Source of the DNA: Bdellovibrionales bacterium
Lineage (GTDB): Bacteria; Bdellovibrionota; Bdellovibrionia; Bdellovibrionales; UBA1609
Assembly: GCA_965261545.1 (NCBI GenBank)
Contig: CBDHDF010000002.1
Coordinates: 416,001-480,000, forward strand
DNA: 64,000 nucleotides
Reading direction: 5' to 3'
Notes under the pieces: model-generated
Told to the model about the DNA's origin: nothing
What the model saw: only the letters and a program-made list of their open reading frames with translations
Database searches by the model: none
In this document: one piece after another, positions 1 through 10,612 of the stretch
Layout: every line of letters starts with the position of its first letter
How positions within the stretch are numbered: the first letter of the stretch is position 1
Made by a program: the position numbers and the translations under genes

Positions 1-35
1 TGGTCAGTGATGTTTTTTCTGGCTACAGCAAAACA

Positions 36-701
36 GTGAGAGAAGTGAATCAATACCGGAAAGACAGAGAAAATAAAGAAGAATTTAAGAAACTTTACAA
101 TGTGTACTGCAATGCCCATGCGAGGAGAAAGTTCAGGGAGGCCGTGGTGGCGAACTTGAACAAAGAGCCAGATCCATCCCAGTGTGCCCAATATTTTGTG
201 AATATCTATGGAAAGATTTATCGTCTGGCAAAAATAGCCAAGAATGGGGAGCAAGGCTGTGATAAATTCCTGCGTGCTCAAAGGCTTATGCTCTGTCTAT
301 TTGAGAAGATGAAGGTGCGGGCCATGGAAGATATGGGGGGCTACTCTTCCAAAAGCTCTATGGGCAAGGCCATGGGATATCTTCTCAGAAACTATAAAGG
401 CTTGACTTTGTTTGCTCACCACCACGGCTTGCCCATTGACAATAATTGCCAAGAACGACAGCTTCGCAGTCCTGTGGTGGGGCGCAAGACATGGTATGGA
501 ACGCACTCTAAAAGAGGGGCTGAAACAGCCTCCATATTGTTCTCCTTGGTAGAGTCATGCAAACTCAATCAGGTCAATCCAAGGGAGTATTTCAAAAAAC
601 TGGTCCAAGATATCCATCAAGGCAAAAATCCATATACACCCTCTCAATACAAGATCTTGTATCCTCCCAACGAAAATAAAGACGATTTATTGCATATGTG
701 A
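36..701 (+). CDS. IS66 transposase TnpC, C-terminal part
   Basis: Motifs CNAHARRKF, IDNN..ER.LR..VVGRK.W, SLVESCKLNQVNP..Y. Confidence 0.9.
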   Translation: MREVNQYRKDRENKEEFKKLYNVYCNAHARRKFREAVVANLNKEPDPSQCAQYFVNIYGKIYRLAKIAKNGEQGCDKFLRAQRLMLCLFEKMKVRAMEDMGGYSSKSSMGKAMGYLLRNYKGLTLFAHHHGLPIDNNCQERQLRSPVVGRKTWYGTHSKRGAETASILFSLVESCKLNQVNPREYFKKLVQDIHQGKNPYTPSQYKILYPPNENKDDLLHM

Positions 702-709
702 CAAACTTT

Positions 710-1006
710 TTATCCATTTGGCTTGACGACTTCCCATACAGCTAGCCTTAAATGCCCCTTAACTTTGTGTGCAACGCCAACAGCATCAAGTAATGCAAGC
801 CGTTCTAGAGGAATACTATCAATATTTTGGTCGTCTTCAAATTCTAAGTGAATGACCTTTTTGTGAAGAAACTCCTTCATCTCTGGTCGAATATTTTTGT
901 CAATAGTAACAACCAAAAAATTAAAATGATTGGCCTTTGTCTTCATAGGCCAAAACCCAAGACTTCGAAGTCTGCTCAATTTCTTGTGTAAAATCTCTAA
1001 ATCCAT
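710..1006 (-). CDS. Hypothetical protein, possible passenger gene inside the IS66 right end
   Basis: 98-aa ORF with a GAGGAGG ribosome-binding site upstream; no recognisable family. Confidence 0.5.
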   Translation of the reverse strand: MDLEILHKKLSRLRSLGFWPMKTKANHFNFLVVTIDKNIRPEMKEFLHKKVIHLEFEDDQNIDSIPLERLALLDAVGVAHKVKGHLRLAVWEVVKPNG

Positions 1007-1083
1007 ATTTACCTCCTCGTAAGTGGTTATGGATTCAGTCTATTACACCTTCAAATTATTGAAAGACGGGGTTCCTGGATGAT

Positions 1084-2052
1084 TTACCATAAAAGACCAC
1101 TTAACAAATACTCATATTTTTTATTATTCCGAGAGGAAAGTTTTTTGTTAGCTTCCAATTGGCTGGACGCATCTTGAAAAGTTTTTGAAGAAATTATAGA
1201 TGGAACGGGAATATATATCCAATCCTTTTTATTTCGATTGGAAGAACTTGATTTATGTTTTTTTGGATAAAAATTATTGTCTCTTGCGAACTTGGTTGGA
1301 CGCAACCTTTCTACCTTGATAGTCTTTCTAAAAGCAGCTTGTCCATAATAAGCGGGATTTTTAAGCATACACAAGATAGTTGAACGCCCCCAAATACCTT
1401 GTTGTCTTCTAGTAGGCACCCCCCTTATATTTAATTCCTTTGCAATTGCTCTAATACTTAGTTTGTTTCGGCAATACATTTGAAAAATATTTTTAACAAC
1501 TTTAGACTCTTCTGGATGGATTTCATATCGTGCGTCAGCGGAGTCTGTTTTCAGAATATATATATAACCATAGGGGGCTCCACATAAAACGCTAACAAAG
1601 CCCTTAGAAGCCTTTTGAAGTTTACCCCTTCGACTTCTTTCCATAATTTTTTCTCTTTCATATTCTGAAATGACTCCTTGTATTTGTAGCAAAAGCTGAT
1701 CTTCGGGTGAATTTGTAATATCTCTATTAGAAAAAATAATTTCAACACCTAGCCTCTGAAATTCTTCAATTAGAATCAATTGATGGGCATATTTACGAGC
1801 TAATCTGTCTGGACATAACACAAGTACCTTTGTAACCTCCCCAGAAAAAGCTTTGTCGCGAAGAGAGTCTAAAGCAGGACGAACAAGGGTGGCGCCACTC
1901 ACACCATTATCCATAAATATAAGATCCTCCTCTACACAAAAATTGTGTTCCTTAGCGAAATCGTGAAGACTAGAAATCTGTGAATCAATGGTTCCCTCTT
2001 GAGCTTGTTTATCTGAGGACACTCGACAATAAAGAGCTACTGATGTTTCCAT
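1084..2052 (-). pseudogene. Large serine recombinase, C-terminally truncated by IS66
   Basis: Matches the first 321 aa of 38362-39996; YCRVSS catalytic motif, DRLAR. Confidence 0.9.
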
Positions 2053-2377
2053 TTTTAACCTCCATTATTTTCTGTTGTTTTACTTTCTGCTTTAATTGTT
2101 TCTTTATTTTTGGAACAACAACTTCGTATGTCTGTTGAATCCGTGTGGTTTGGTCGCTTTGATAGACACTTTTTAGCTGAGCTGTCCATGGATTTTGATG
2201 TTTTGTTTGGTGGGCCATTATCATTCCTTTGACTATGGTTCGAAGCTAAATGGGAAGAATCCTCAGGTGGATGCCAACGATAGTGAGCATATTTACGACC
2301 ACTTGCATAAAGTGAATGATTATATATATTTATGGAAATTTCAATGGAAAAGTTGTCTATTGTGTCCGAGGAGTAAC
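1088..2377 (-). mobile_element. LSR element, copy 1 (truncated by IS66)
   Basis: Near-identical to 39032-40321; same arm CTATTGTGTCCGAGGAGTA followed by AC and RT sequence. Confidence 0.9.
2009..2218 (-). CDS. Small ORF overlapping the LSR start (candidate directionality or regulatory factor), copy 1
   Basis: AAAGGA ribosome-binding site 6 nt before the ATG; identical to 39953-40162. Confidence 0.5.
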   Translation of the reverse strand: MAHQTKHQNPWTAQLKSVYQSDQTTRIQQTYEVVVPKIKKQLKQKVKQQKIMEVKNGNISSSLLSSVLR

Positions 2378-3491
2378 GGGTGCTTACAAAGGGCAACCTG
2401 TCTTGCGGGTAGAAATACCCAAGTCAGACGGGGGCACAAGACCCTTGGGTGTCCTGGCCTTGGAGGACAAGATTGTCCAGAAGGCCGTTGTAGACAGCAT
2501 CCTCTCTCCCATCTACGAGGAACATTTCCTCGGTTATAGCTACGGATTCCGTCCAGGGCGTGGAGCGCATAATGCGTTGGATGCTCTGGCTTACGGAATA
2601 GAGCGTAGAAAGATCAGCTACATATTGGATGCGGATATAAAATCCTACTTCGATAGCGTGGATAGAAAGACTCTAATTCGCTTTCTAAAACACCTCATCG
2701 GAGATGAGAGACTCATTCGTCTCTTTGAAAAGTGGCTCAAGTGCGGAGTGCTATCTCAAGGCGTCTTAGAAGACACAGGGAGAGGGACCGTTCAAGGTTC
2801 AAATATTTCCCCTATCTTCGCCAACATATATTTACATTATGTGTTGGATTTATGGATGCAGAAATGGCGCAAGGACCATGCCACAGGGGACATGATATTT
2901 GTTCGCTACGCCGATGACTTTGTCGTAGGCTTTCAATACAAGGGGGAAGCTGAACGCTTCCTCAATGATCTGAAGCGCAGGCTTAAGGAGTTTTCTCTAG
3001 AAATACATCCGGGGAAAACTCGCCTCATAGAGTTCGGTCGATTTGCAAATGCAAATTGCCGCCGACGAGGTCTTGGTCACTCCGAGACTTTTGATTTCTT
3101 AGGATTCACTCACTTTTGTGTGCGCACGAGGAAAGGAGGCTTTAGGATAGGGCGTAAACCCATATCCAAGAGAGTCTGCCGGACCTTACAGCACCTGAAG
3201 CTGAGTCTGAGAAAACGAGTCTACACGAGGGACCTAGCGGAATGTGCAAAGTGGTTGGGTTTGGTCATCAAAGGCTGGCTCAATTATTTTGCGGTTCCAG
3301 GAAGTACGGTGTACCTACGAAAATTTATTTGCGCAATCAGGAGTGCTTGGATGAAAGCCATCCGACGACGCTCACAGCGTGGACGGAGATTCTCGTGGAA
3401 GAGGTTGGATAGAATGATTCGTCTATTCTGGCCTCGTATATCCATACGCCACCCGTGGCCAACAGATAGGTTCGCTTGCGGTACCACCTGA
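2378..3491 (+). pseudogene. ltrA: Group II intron RT/maturase, 3' portion downstream of the LSR insertion (copy 1)
   Basis: IPKSDG.RPLG, SYGFRPGR, DADI..YFD, QG..ISP, RYADD, FDFLGF, domain X; no endonuclease domain. Confidence 0.9.
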
Positions 3492-3568
3492 AGTAGGAGC
3501 CGGATGCTTTAACGAGCACGTCCGGATCTGTGCGGGGGGTGCGTGGCAACACGCATTCCTACCGTAAC
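2378..3568 (+). mobile_element. Group II intron copy 1, 3' part, inserted in an ISL3 transposase
   Basis: Domain V GAGCCGGATGC...GCACGTCCGGATC and domain VI ending CCGTAAC at 3568, followed directly by ISL3 coding sequence CCTTAAGATCAC. Confidence 0.9.
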
Positions 3569-4193
3569 CCTTAAGATCACGCATTGATTCTATGAAAAAG
3601 TTTGCCTTGATGCTCAGGAAGCACCAAGAAAATATTCTTTCCTTCATTAAAGATCCTGTCACAAATGCCAAGGCTGAGGGAATCAATCGCCTTCTAAAGA
3701 TCATAAAAAATCGGGCTTCAGGATTTAAGAACCTACAGGGTTTTGAGAATATGATTTACTTGTGTGCTGGGGATTTGGATATTGTTGGAAGTTTCCCCAA
3801 GCGTTTTTGTACATTATAGTTTTTATTGTCGATCAACATTTCTTTTTCCAATTCACCTCCCCATACTAACTCCGCCAAGATGAGTCAGTTATCCACAGAC
3901 TCATCCATGGCGACGCTGCGGCTATGGCCCTCGGGAGCCACAATAAAGCAGCGCTGCTGTGGGTGAGCCCATCTTGTCAGATTACCCTAAATGGCCTGGT
4001 TTGCCCGCCCACAAATGGCCTGGTTTAACCCGCCCATCGGGGTGTGGATAACGGCGGCTCTCCACACAAGTGATTTGGTAGCCCTGTCCTCCGTGTTTTT
4101 ATGTACAAATCTTAGGAATAACCTGTACATCCAGTTTTTAGCTATTTCCCTAGGGAATTTGGACTTTAGGCTCCGAGAAACTCGGATATAGCC
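3569..4193 (+). mobile_element. ISL3 element, 3' part (transposase C-terminus and right inverted repeat)
   Basis: Reverse complement of about 43978-44529; ends GAGAAACTCGGATATAGCC. Confidence 0.85.
3961..4043 (+). repeat. IS21-like terminal segment with two ~24-bp repeats, embedded in the ISL3 right end
   Basis: AAATGGCCTGGTTT..CCCGCCCA x2; similar to the reverse complement of 26399-26480; absent from the other ISL3 copy. Confidence 0.5.
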
Positions 4194-4317
4194 AAAAAAC
4201 TGGTCCAAGATATCCATCAAGGAAAAAATCCATATACACCCTCTCAATACAAGAGATTGTATCCTTCCAACGAAAATAAAGACGATTTACTGCATATGTG
4301 ACAAACTTTTTATCCAT
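4194..4317 (+). pseudogene. Second, slightly diverged copy of the IS66 transposase 3' tail
   Basis: Near-identical to 594-717. Confidence 0.75.
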
Positions 4318-4618
4318 AACCCATAGGTCGAAAAGATATAAATTATTTGAGGAATCATGATAGGTGTATCCTACATTCCGCACAAAAAAGATTAAAAAAG
4401 GGCTCCAATTCAATCCCTCAAAAACATTATAACACGAAGCACTATTCATCAATTATTGGGATATTCATTAATAATCTCATGCTTTCCCCTAATGACACTC
4501 CAAGCAAAACATTTGAAAGCTAATTGAAGTATTGATTACTCTGTTACATACACAACTGGGGTCAAAGTTTTTTCAAAATGGTCTTTCAAGAAAGTCTTAA
4601 AAAAATGATAACTAATTT

Positions 4619-4862
4619 GGGTGTGCTAACGATATACTGTAGATTATATACCCACAGCGTCAATCTGTGCCCTCTTCAATCAGCATTTAGTCATAGGTTG
4701 AGCTCGATACTGTCGGTTTAAGGCCTTAAAATTTTCATCAATCCTTAAGAGTTCAATACAAAGCACTTGTAGAGTCAATCTTGTGGGTAGATTCTTCTTA
4801 AACTGATAGTATTAAGTTAGACTAAAGGAGGGTAATTTCTACAGTATATTGTTAGCACACCC
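4619..4862. mobile_element. MITE (~245 bp), copy 1
   Basis: 24-bp terminal inverted repeats GGGTGTGCTAAC.ATATACTGTAG; 8-bp target-site duplication ACTAATTT; inverted copy at 34361-34605. Confidence 0.9.
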
Positions 4863-5447
4863 ACTAATTTCCTCCTAACTTACACACTACAGCAGCTCTA
4901 GCCACGGATTCAATGAAAAATATCTGATATTTACGATAAATGTTTTCTCAAGATATCGAAAAAGTCATCAGCAATTTCCACCGAAAAATAGTTTTAGTTT
5001 CTGTAATCTGTTTCAAGCCATTTTCTAAAAAATGACTTTGCAAAGACTAAAGTCCAGAAATCCCTAAAACAAACCTCTACCATTCATAGATTTCTTTTCA
5101 AAGCAAAGCCAGAAAAATCTCGACGGGAATTGTTGAAAAGTTATTGTATAGCTCGATTTGTAATAATATTATTATACCAATGTAGAAACCACAAGCAAGT
5201 GTGATTGGGCGAAGAAGGAAGTTGCGAAGCCCCTTCGTTAGGAAAAGGGGGGCAGAGAAAAAGGTTGCTTTGATTACGCAAAAAAGTATGTCACAGGCAC
5301 CTGGGAAGTGACAAAAAATCTCCTAAGTTATTGAAATTAAAGGAAATTGACTCCAACTTTTTGTGCTTCAAAAGTGCGGAATGTAGGGTGTATGAAATGA
5401 AATAGGCTCCGTGGGTGGCTTTGCTGTCTTTGCCATATTAGAAGATT

Positions 5448-8054
5448 TTAAAACTGATTTCCAAATTCAAAAAGAACGTTGTAGGAAAATTTTGTTTCGT
5501 CGCTATTGGGTGTTTGGTGGAAGGAAAGGGCAATGGCCCAGCAGTTGCCTTCAGGTTTGAGGATGGTTCTTGCATCCCAAGATTGAAGACTTCGATTTTT
5601 AAAAGAGTAGTTAAATCCTCCTTCAAAATTAAAGTACCGAGAGACGAACCCAAAGCCGACTCCACCTGTTTCATTTTGATTGTCGACGGCTTTGTTGTTG
5701 TCTTCGCTGATGATGGGGTCCTTTGAGTAAATGAGTTCGAGAAAGCTGCCCAGTTGACTTTTGAGTCGAAGGCGATTTGAAGTTCTTAGAGCTTTGGCAT
5801 AGGGAAAGTAGGAGTTGCTTCCATGAAATTCAATGTGGTCCAACCTAAGTGTGAGAAGTGAGTCAATTGTGTTGAAGGGTTGGGAATCTTTTGAATTCTT
5901 CTTATGGAAATCATAGGATTGATTGATTTCTAAGGAGGCTACTTCCAAGTAGCTGGGGCCTTCATGGTGATGTTTTTTACGAATAATTTTATTGGTGACC
6001 CCAAAGTGAACCATTTTTTTGAGGAAGAAGTTGTCGTGGTAGTCAAATTGGATTTTGCCGTCCCTGAGAAAGTCCAAATCTGTAAGGGGTTGCATGTTTT
6101 GGGAAAAGGTTTGTGGTGGGGAGTTTCCGAAAAAGGGATGGGGGGAGACCTTGTAAAAAGGGGTGTGTACATAGGATATCTGAGGTTCAACGATATGCTT
6201 ATAAACAGTGGCATTCTTTGAATTTTCTCTCTTAGTTTCATTTTTATCTGATATTTCTGAGTTATCTGATCTCTCTGAGTTTCTTTTAAAGACATTTCTA
6301 AAGGTGCGACTTATTCTTGTTTTCATGGAGAGTTTGGTTTCTAGGTGGTTGTGAGATGTGATTTTTTTATAGGAGGCGGCATTGTCATTGGTAGGGCTAA
6401 AGTGATAAAGCCTGTGGTAATAAGTGGCTGAAGGAACAAGTTCAAACTTATTCTTCAAAAGAATGGGGTAGTTGAAGCTTGGTGTGATGAGAAGCCTTTG
6501 ACCAGTACGAATGAGGTCTGTGGTAGGGTCAAAGGAGCCATCTCTTTGGCTATCCACTCTTCTCGCACTGAGGCTGGTGTTGTTAAAGTCAATATCGCTA
6601 AAGGTCACACTCTTGCCATCGAGACAGGACTCATTGTTGCAAATATTGTCATAGCTCCACCTATTGCGGAGAAAGTGGGTGTATCGAAGGTCGAGGTTAA
6701 ACATGAGTCCACTTTTGAGCAGGTCTTTTTCCATAAGTGAGTAGTGAAGTTCAGGGAGGCGGTGGATGGACTCATTATTTTTAGCCTTGGCATCCTCCTG
6801 GAGAAGATTGATGTGAAAGGCTCCTTCGAGACTCAGAGATTGATCTTCTGTGTTCTTGGTCAAGGAAATGTTGTTTTCTAGAGCGGGTTGAGTGGCTTCA
6901 AGGGAAGTGGTCGTTGGTTTTTTCGTGTCTTGGGCATCAAAGGGGTTGGAGAGAATATCTTCGGGGAAGTCTCTGATATACCTCAAGTCACTGAGGTAGT
7001 TTAAAGAGGTTCTTTGTGTTAGGTGACCAGGCATTTCATAATGGTGATCGTACTCAAGAAAGAATCGTTGTGCCCTTTGCCGTGTTTTGCCAAGGTTGGT
7101 CTTGAGTGAATCATCTTGCTTTTGATTTTCAAAGACTGCATCGTTGAGAAAGCCTCCATTGAATTGGCCGCGGCTCCTTTGGTCTAAGGAGTATCGGAAC
7201 TCAAACAGGCCTTTGATTCCTCGCTTGTCGTAGAGTTGAGTTGAAAGAGTCATGTCTTTATCTGGAGAAAGGACTCGAAAGTAATCAAACTGAATCATAG
7301 AGCCTGAATCAGCTCCTTTTTGAAAGCTGGGGGTAAGAAATCCAGACTGTCTTTTGGCTTTGAGAGGGACAGAAATATAGGGAAGCCAAAGAATGGGAAT
7401 ACGACTGATTTTAAGAACGGGGTTGCGAATTTTGGCCTGCTGTCCAATTTCAGCGTCAATTTGGGTTCCCGTAAAGCTCCATGAAGTGGGGCAGTTGGTA
7501 CATGCGCTGTATTGAGCTTTTTTAATTTTGTAGGTATAGCGTCCCAACTTTTCCACCAGGCGCCCTTCGAAGGCCACTTGCCCCGATTGAATAAAGGCGT
7601 TGTGGAGGGTTCCGGTTCCATTTCCGTAGTTAAGGTCTACTTTGTCAGCTTCCACATAAACTTTTTCGCTTTGAAGGGTGATATGACCTTGAGCAACAAG
7701 TCTCTTCTCCTTGGTGAAAATAGTCGCTTTGTCGGCGGATAAGTAATGAGCGTCAAATATGGCTTTGATATTTCCCTCAAGTCGAAGGGTTTGGGAAGAA
7801 ATTTCTTGTGTCATTTTATTGGCATTTATGGTCAAGCCAGAAAGGGCCACTTGGCTGTGGGCTGTGGGGGAGAAAAGAAAGCACCAAGCGAGATTCTCCA
7901 TAAGAAAAGTCCATATGGGCAATATGGGCAAAGCAAGGAGGCACTGCATGGAGTGACGATTTTTAGGGTGCACATTGCGATTCTGATGATGTTTGCCGTG
8001 ATTTTCAGAGTGTGAAGTGTTGAGAGAGGGGGTATGGGTGGGGAGGAAGATCAA
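5448..8054 (-). CDS. lptD: LPS-assembly protein LptD (start codon uncertain)
   Basis: OstA-like N-terminal domain, YSACTNCP.SW, PILWLPY..P...RQSGFL.P, beta-barrel with C-terminal CW and terminal F. Confidence 0.85.
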   Translation of the reverse strand: MIFLPTHTPSLNTSHSENHGKHHQNRNVHPKNRHSMQCLLALPILPIWTFLMENLAWCFLFSPTAHSQVALSGLTINANKMTQEISSQTLRLEGNIKAIFDAHYLSADKATIFTKEKRLVAQGHITLQSEKVYVEADKVDLNYGNGTGTLHNAFIQSGQVAFEGRLVEKLGRYTYKIKKAQYSACTNCPTSWSFTGTQIDAEIGQQAKIRNPVLKISRIPILWLPYISVPLKAKRQSGFLTPSFQKGADSGSMIQFDYFRVLSPDKDMTLSTQLYDKRGIKGLFEFRYSLDQRSRGQFNGGFLNDAVFENQKQDDSLKTNLGKTRQRAQRFFLEYDHHYEMPGHLTQRTSLNYLSDLRYIRDFPEDILSNPFDAQDTKKPTTTSLEATQPALENNISLTKNTEDQSLSLEGAFHINLLQEDAKAKNNESIHRLPELHYSLMEKDLLKSGLMFNLDLRYTHFLRNRWSYDNICNNESCLDGKSVTFSDIDFNNTSLSARRVDSQRDGSFDPTTDLIRTGQRLLITPSFNYPILLKNKFELVPSATYYHRLYHFSPTNDNAASYKKITSHNHLETKLSMKTRISRTFRNVFKRNSERSDNSEISDKNETKRENSKNATVYKHIVEPQISYVHTPFYKVSPHPFFGNSPPQTFSQNMQPLTDLDFLRDGKIQFDYHDNFFLKKMVHFGVTNKIIRKKHHHEGPSYLEVASLEINQSYDFHKKNSKDSQPFNTIDSLLTLRLDHIEFHGSNSYFPYAKALRTSNRLRLKSQLGSFLELIYSKDPIISEDNNKAVDNQNETGGVGFGFVSRYFNFEGGFNYSFKNRSLQSWDARTILKPEGNCWAIALSFHQTPNSDETKFSYNVLFEFGNQF

Positions 8055-8083
8055 TGCAAGGGCCTCTTTAAAGAGTATTGAAG

Positions 8084-8587
8084 TTAAAGGGTATTGAGGC
8101 TTTTCAATACCTGAATGTGGGTGATGAACCAGCCCAAGTTAAATTTGGAAAACCTAATTTCCATGGGGGATTTTTGAGCGGGTCGCTGGGAAGAGTTGAT
8201 GACCACAGTCCCAGTGACGAGGACAGTAGAGCCTCCTTCCTCACTGGTTTGAAGGTCCGTGAACTTGATGGTCATAAAGCGTACATGTTTTCTTAGGATA
8301 AGTAGTTTTTGCTTGAGGTTCTCATGGGTGGTTATAGGCTTCATTTGGTGGCGGTCAATCATCATATGGATTTCAAATTTGGGAGCGAAGTTCTTACTGA
8401 CTTTGTTGGTGGCTCGCAGGAGCTGGATGGGGTCTTTGTTATGGGTAGAGTGGACGCTGAGGTCCAAGGCTAACTGCTTGGTTTTTTCTAAGGCGATTTC
8501 TATGGGACTTTTGTGAAGGTACAAGTAAATCCCTCCAAGGCCCAGCAGTATAAAAAAAATATAGGGTATCCATTTCTGGTTAAGCAT
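8084..8587 (-). CDS. Hypothetical membrane-anchored protein
   Basis: 167-aa ORF with an N-terminal transmembrane segment. Confidence 0.6.
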   Translation of the reverse strand: MLNQKWIPYIFFILLGLGGIYLYLHKSPIEIALEKTKQLALDLSVHSTHNKDPIQLLRATNKVSKNFAPKFEIHMMIDRHQMKPITTHENLKQKLLILRKHVRFMTIKFTDLQTSEEGGSTVLVTGTVVINSSQRPAQKSPMEIRFSKFNLGWFITHIQVLKSLNTL

Positions 8588-8943
8588 CGTCCTAAGCCTT
8601 TGTCTTAAGCATTGTCATCCAAACTAGACTACAAATGAATGATGAAAAATACACGAAAAAAATGCATCTAGGAAAAATGAACTTAGGTTGTTCCACCGAA
8701 TATTGCCGTTGCCGAGGATTGTTGTTATGGGGGGGGGAGGTGTACCGTGGGGTTATTGCCACCGGGAGGTGACGCTGTGACTAAGGTTTGACATCGTTGA
8801 AAGTATGAGGTCACATAGGGGTTCATAGGGTTGGGGGATGGGAGTCATAGGGCGTGCCGTCGCATGAGGTTATAGTAGGAGCTATAAGAGTAGAAATTAT
8901 AAAGAAAAGGCTATGGGGCTAGAGGTCATAGAGGAGTTGATAG

Positions 8944-9636
8944 ATGGGCGATTTTAATCTCATGGGGGCTGTGGCTAAGGCGGCTATTTTATTCCCCCCC
9001 TTTTTATTGGCCCTATGTTGTCATGAGTTTGCCCACGGTTGGGAAGCGCGGCGGCGAGGGGATAGGACCGCAGAAATGATGGGGCGGTTGACTCTTAATC
9101 CCATGGCTCACATGGATATTATTGGCACTGTTATTTTACCTTTGATGGGCTTTATGGGAGGACTTCCCTTTGTGTTTGGCTGGGCCAAGCCTGTGCCTGT
9201 GAACTCCAGAAATTTGGATCATGTGGTTAAAGATATGTTTTGGATAGCTGCGGCAGGGCCTCTTTCCAATGTGCTTCTCGCTGTGATCAGTAGTATTTTT
9301 CTGATTGTTTTAAGTGGAATAGGAGTGCCCAAGCAGGTTATGATGATGCTTCTTACTTTTGGGATGGTCAACATTATCCTAGCTGTGTTTAATATGATTC
9401 CTCTTCACCCCTTGGATGGGGGCAAGGTTCTGGCTCGCTTTCTACCTGCCAGTTGGAATGAGTTTTTGGAGGCTCACCAAGGGGCCAATATGTTTATACT
9501 TTTGGGTCTTATGCTGACGGGAGTTCTCGCTTTTATTATCAACCTTGTTTCCAGACCTTACTTATATTTATTGTTGGACTCTGGGGTTGATGTCAACAGC
9601 CTTCTTTATGAAATTAGGCACCTCGGCCAGGGGTGA
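8944..9636 (+). CDS. Site-2 protease family (M50) zinc metalloprotease
   Basis: HEFAH, GRLTLNP..H.D, GWAKPVP, AAAGP, FN.IP..PLDGG. Confidence 0.92.
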   Translation: MGDFNLMGAVAKAAILFPPFLLALCCHEFAHGWEARRRGDRTAEMMGRLTLNPMAHMDIIGTVILPLMGFMGGLPFVFGWAKPVPVNSRNLDHVVKDMFWIAAAGPLSNVLLAVISSIFLIVLSGIGVPKQVMMMLLTFGMVNIILAVFNMIPLHPLDGGKVLARFLPASWNEFLEAHQGANMFILLGLMLTGVLAFIINLVSRPYLYLLLDSGVDVNSLLYEIRHLGQG

Positions 9637-9649
9637 TGGAGGGTTGAAT

Positions 9650-10612
9650 TTGCGCATTCAAATACAGAGTTTTGAGGGACCTCTCCCACTTTTACTTCAT
9701 CTTATTAAGCGTGAGGATATGGATATTTTTGATATCAATATCCATGAAATCACTCGCCAGTATTTGGATTATATTCGAGCTATGAAGCAATTTGATTTGG
9801 GTATGGCGGGTGAATTTATTGCTATGGCAGCGACCTTGATTCACATTAAATCCAGAATGCTTCTTCCCCAGTACAATGAGGGAGAAGAAGTTGAAGAAGA
9901 GCTAGACCCTCGACGTGAGTTGGTACATCGCTTATTGGAGTACCAAAAATTCCAAGAGGCTTCAGGGCAGTTATACATGCGTTCACTTGTGGGCCGAGAT
10001 GTTTGGGTGCGAGGGGTGCGGCTTGTTTTTGAAGATTCAAAGGAGGGGGAGCCTATTGTTCTTGGTGAGGACAATGCTTTGTTTGCTCTCATGAGTGCCT
10101 ATCGTAGAGCTTTAAAAAATATGAAAAAAGATGTGCATAGAATTTCTAGTGATATGCTATCTATTGGGGAGCGTATTTTAGAAATCAGAGGTCTTTTGGA
10201 CGTAGGTGAGCTAACTCCTTTTAGCCGTTTGTTGGGTGGGCCGGCTCTTTCTTCAGCTTCTTCAGTGAATCAAGTTCTCGTGACCTTTTTATCCATGCTT
10301 GAATTGGCTAAGATGGGATTTGTGTCTCTTTTTCAATCGGGGAATTTTCAAGAGATCTATGTGAGGACTCATCGTATTATTGATGGTCGTGCGGTGGAGG
10401 TTATCGAGGACTACGATTTGGTGGAAGGAACCTGGGAGACGGCTTTGAATGGAACACTAGAGAATGCTTTGAGTGGGACTTTGGAAAAGACTTTTGTGAA
10501 GGGGGACCTTTTGGGGGATGCCATTGTGGATCCCTCCACTGAGGTGGTTGCAGCCACAGATGAAGATCTGATTCAAGAGGAGTTATTGTTGAACTTGGAA
10601 GGTGGTGTATGA
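9650..10612 (+). CDS. scpA: Segregation and condensation protein A
   Basis: FEGPL.LLLHLI, EFIAMAATL..IKSRMLLP, FLSMLELAK; TTG start after GGAGGG. Confidence 0.92.
   Translation: MRIQIQSFEGPLPLLLHLIKREDMDIFDINIHEITRQYLDYIRAMKQFDLGMAGEFIAMAATLIHIKSRMLLPQYNEGEEVEEELDPRRELVHRLLEYQKFQEASGQLYMRSLVGRDVWVRGVRLVFEDSKEGEPIVLGEDNALFALMSAYRRALKNMKKDVHRISSDMLSIGERILEIRGLLDVGELTPFSRLLGGPALSSASSVNQVLVTFLSMLELAKMGFVSLFQSGNFQEIYVRTHRIIDGRAVEVIEDYDLVEGTWETALNGTLENALSGTLEKTFVKGDLLGDAIVDPSTEVVAATDEDLIQEELLLNLEGGV

Larger units (their letters stand above)
1..1087 (+). mobile_element. IS66-family element, right part (cut by the window start); interrupts the LSR gene of composite copy 1
   Basis: TnpC C-terminus at 36-701; ends ...GGTTCCTGGATGATTTAC (reverse complement starts GTAA, typical of IS66 ends) where homology to the intact LSR copy resumes. 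Confidence 0.7.
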
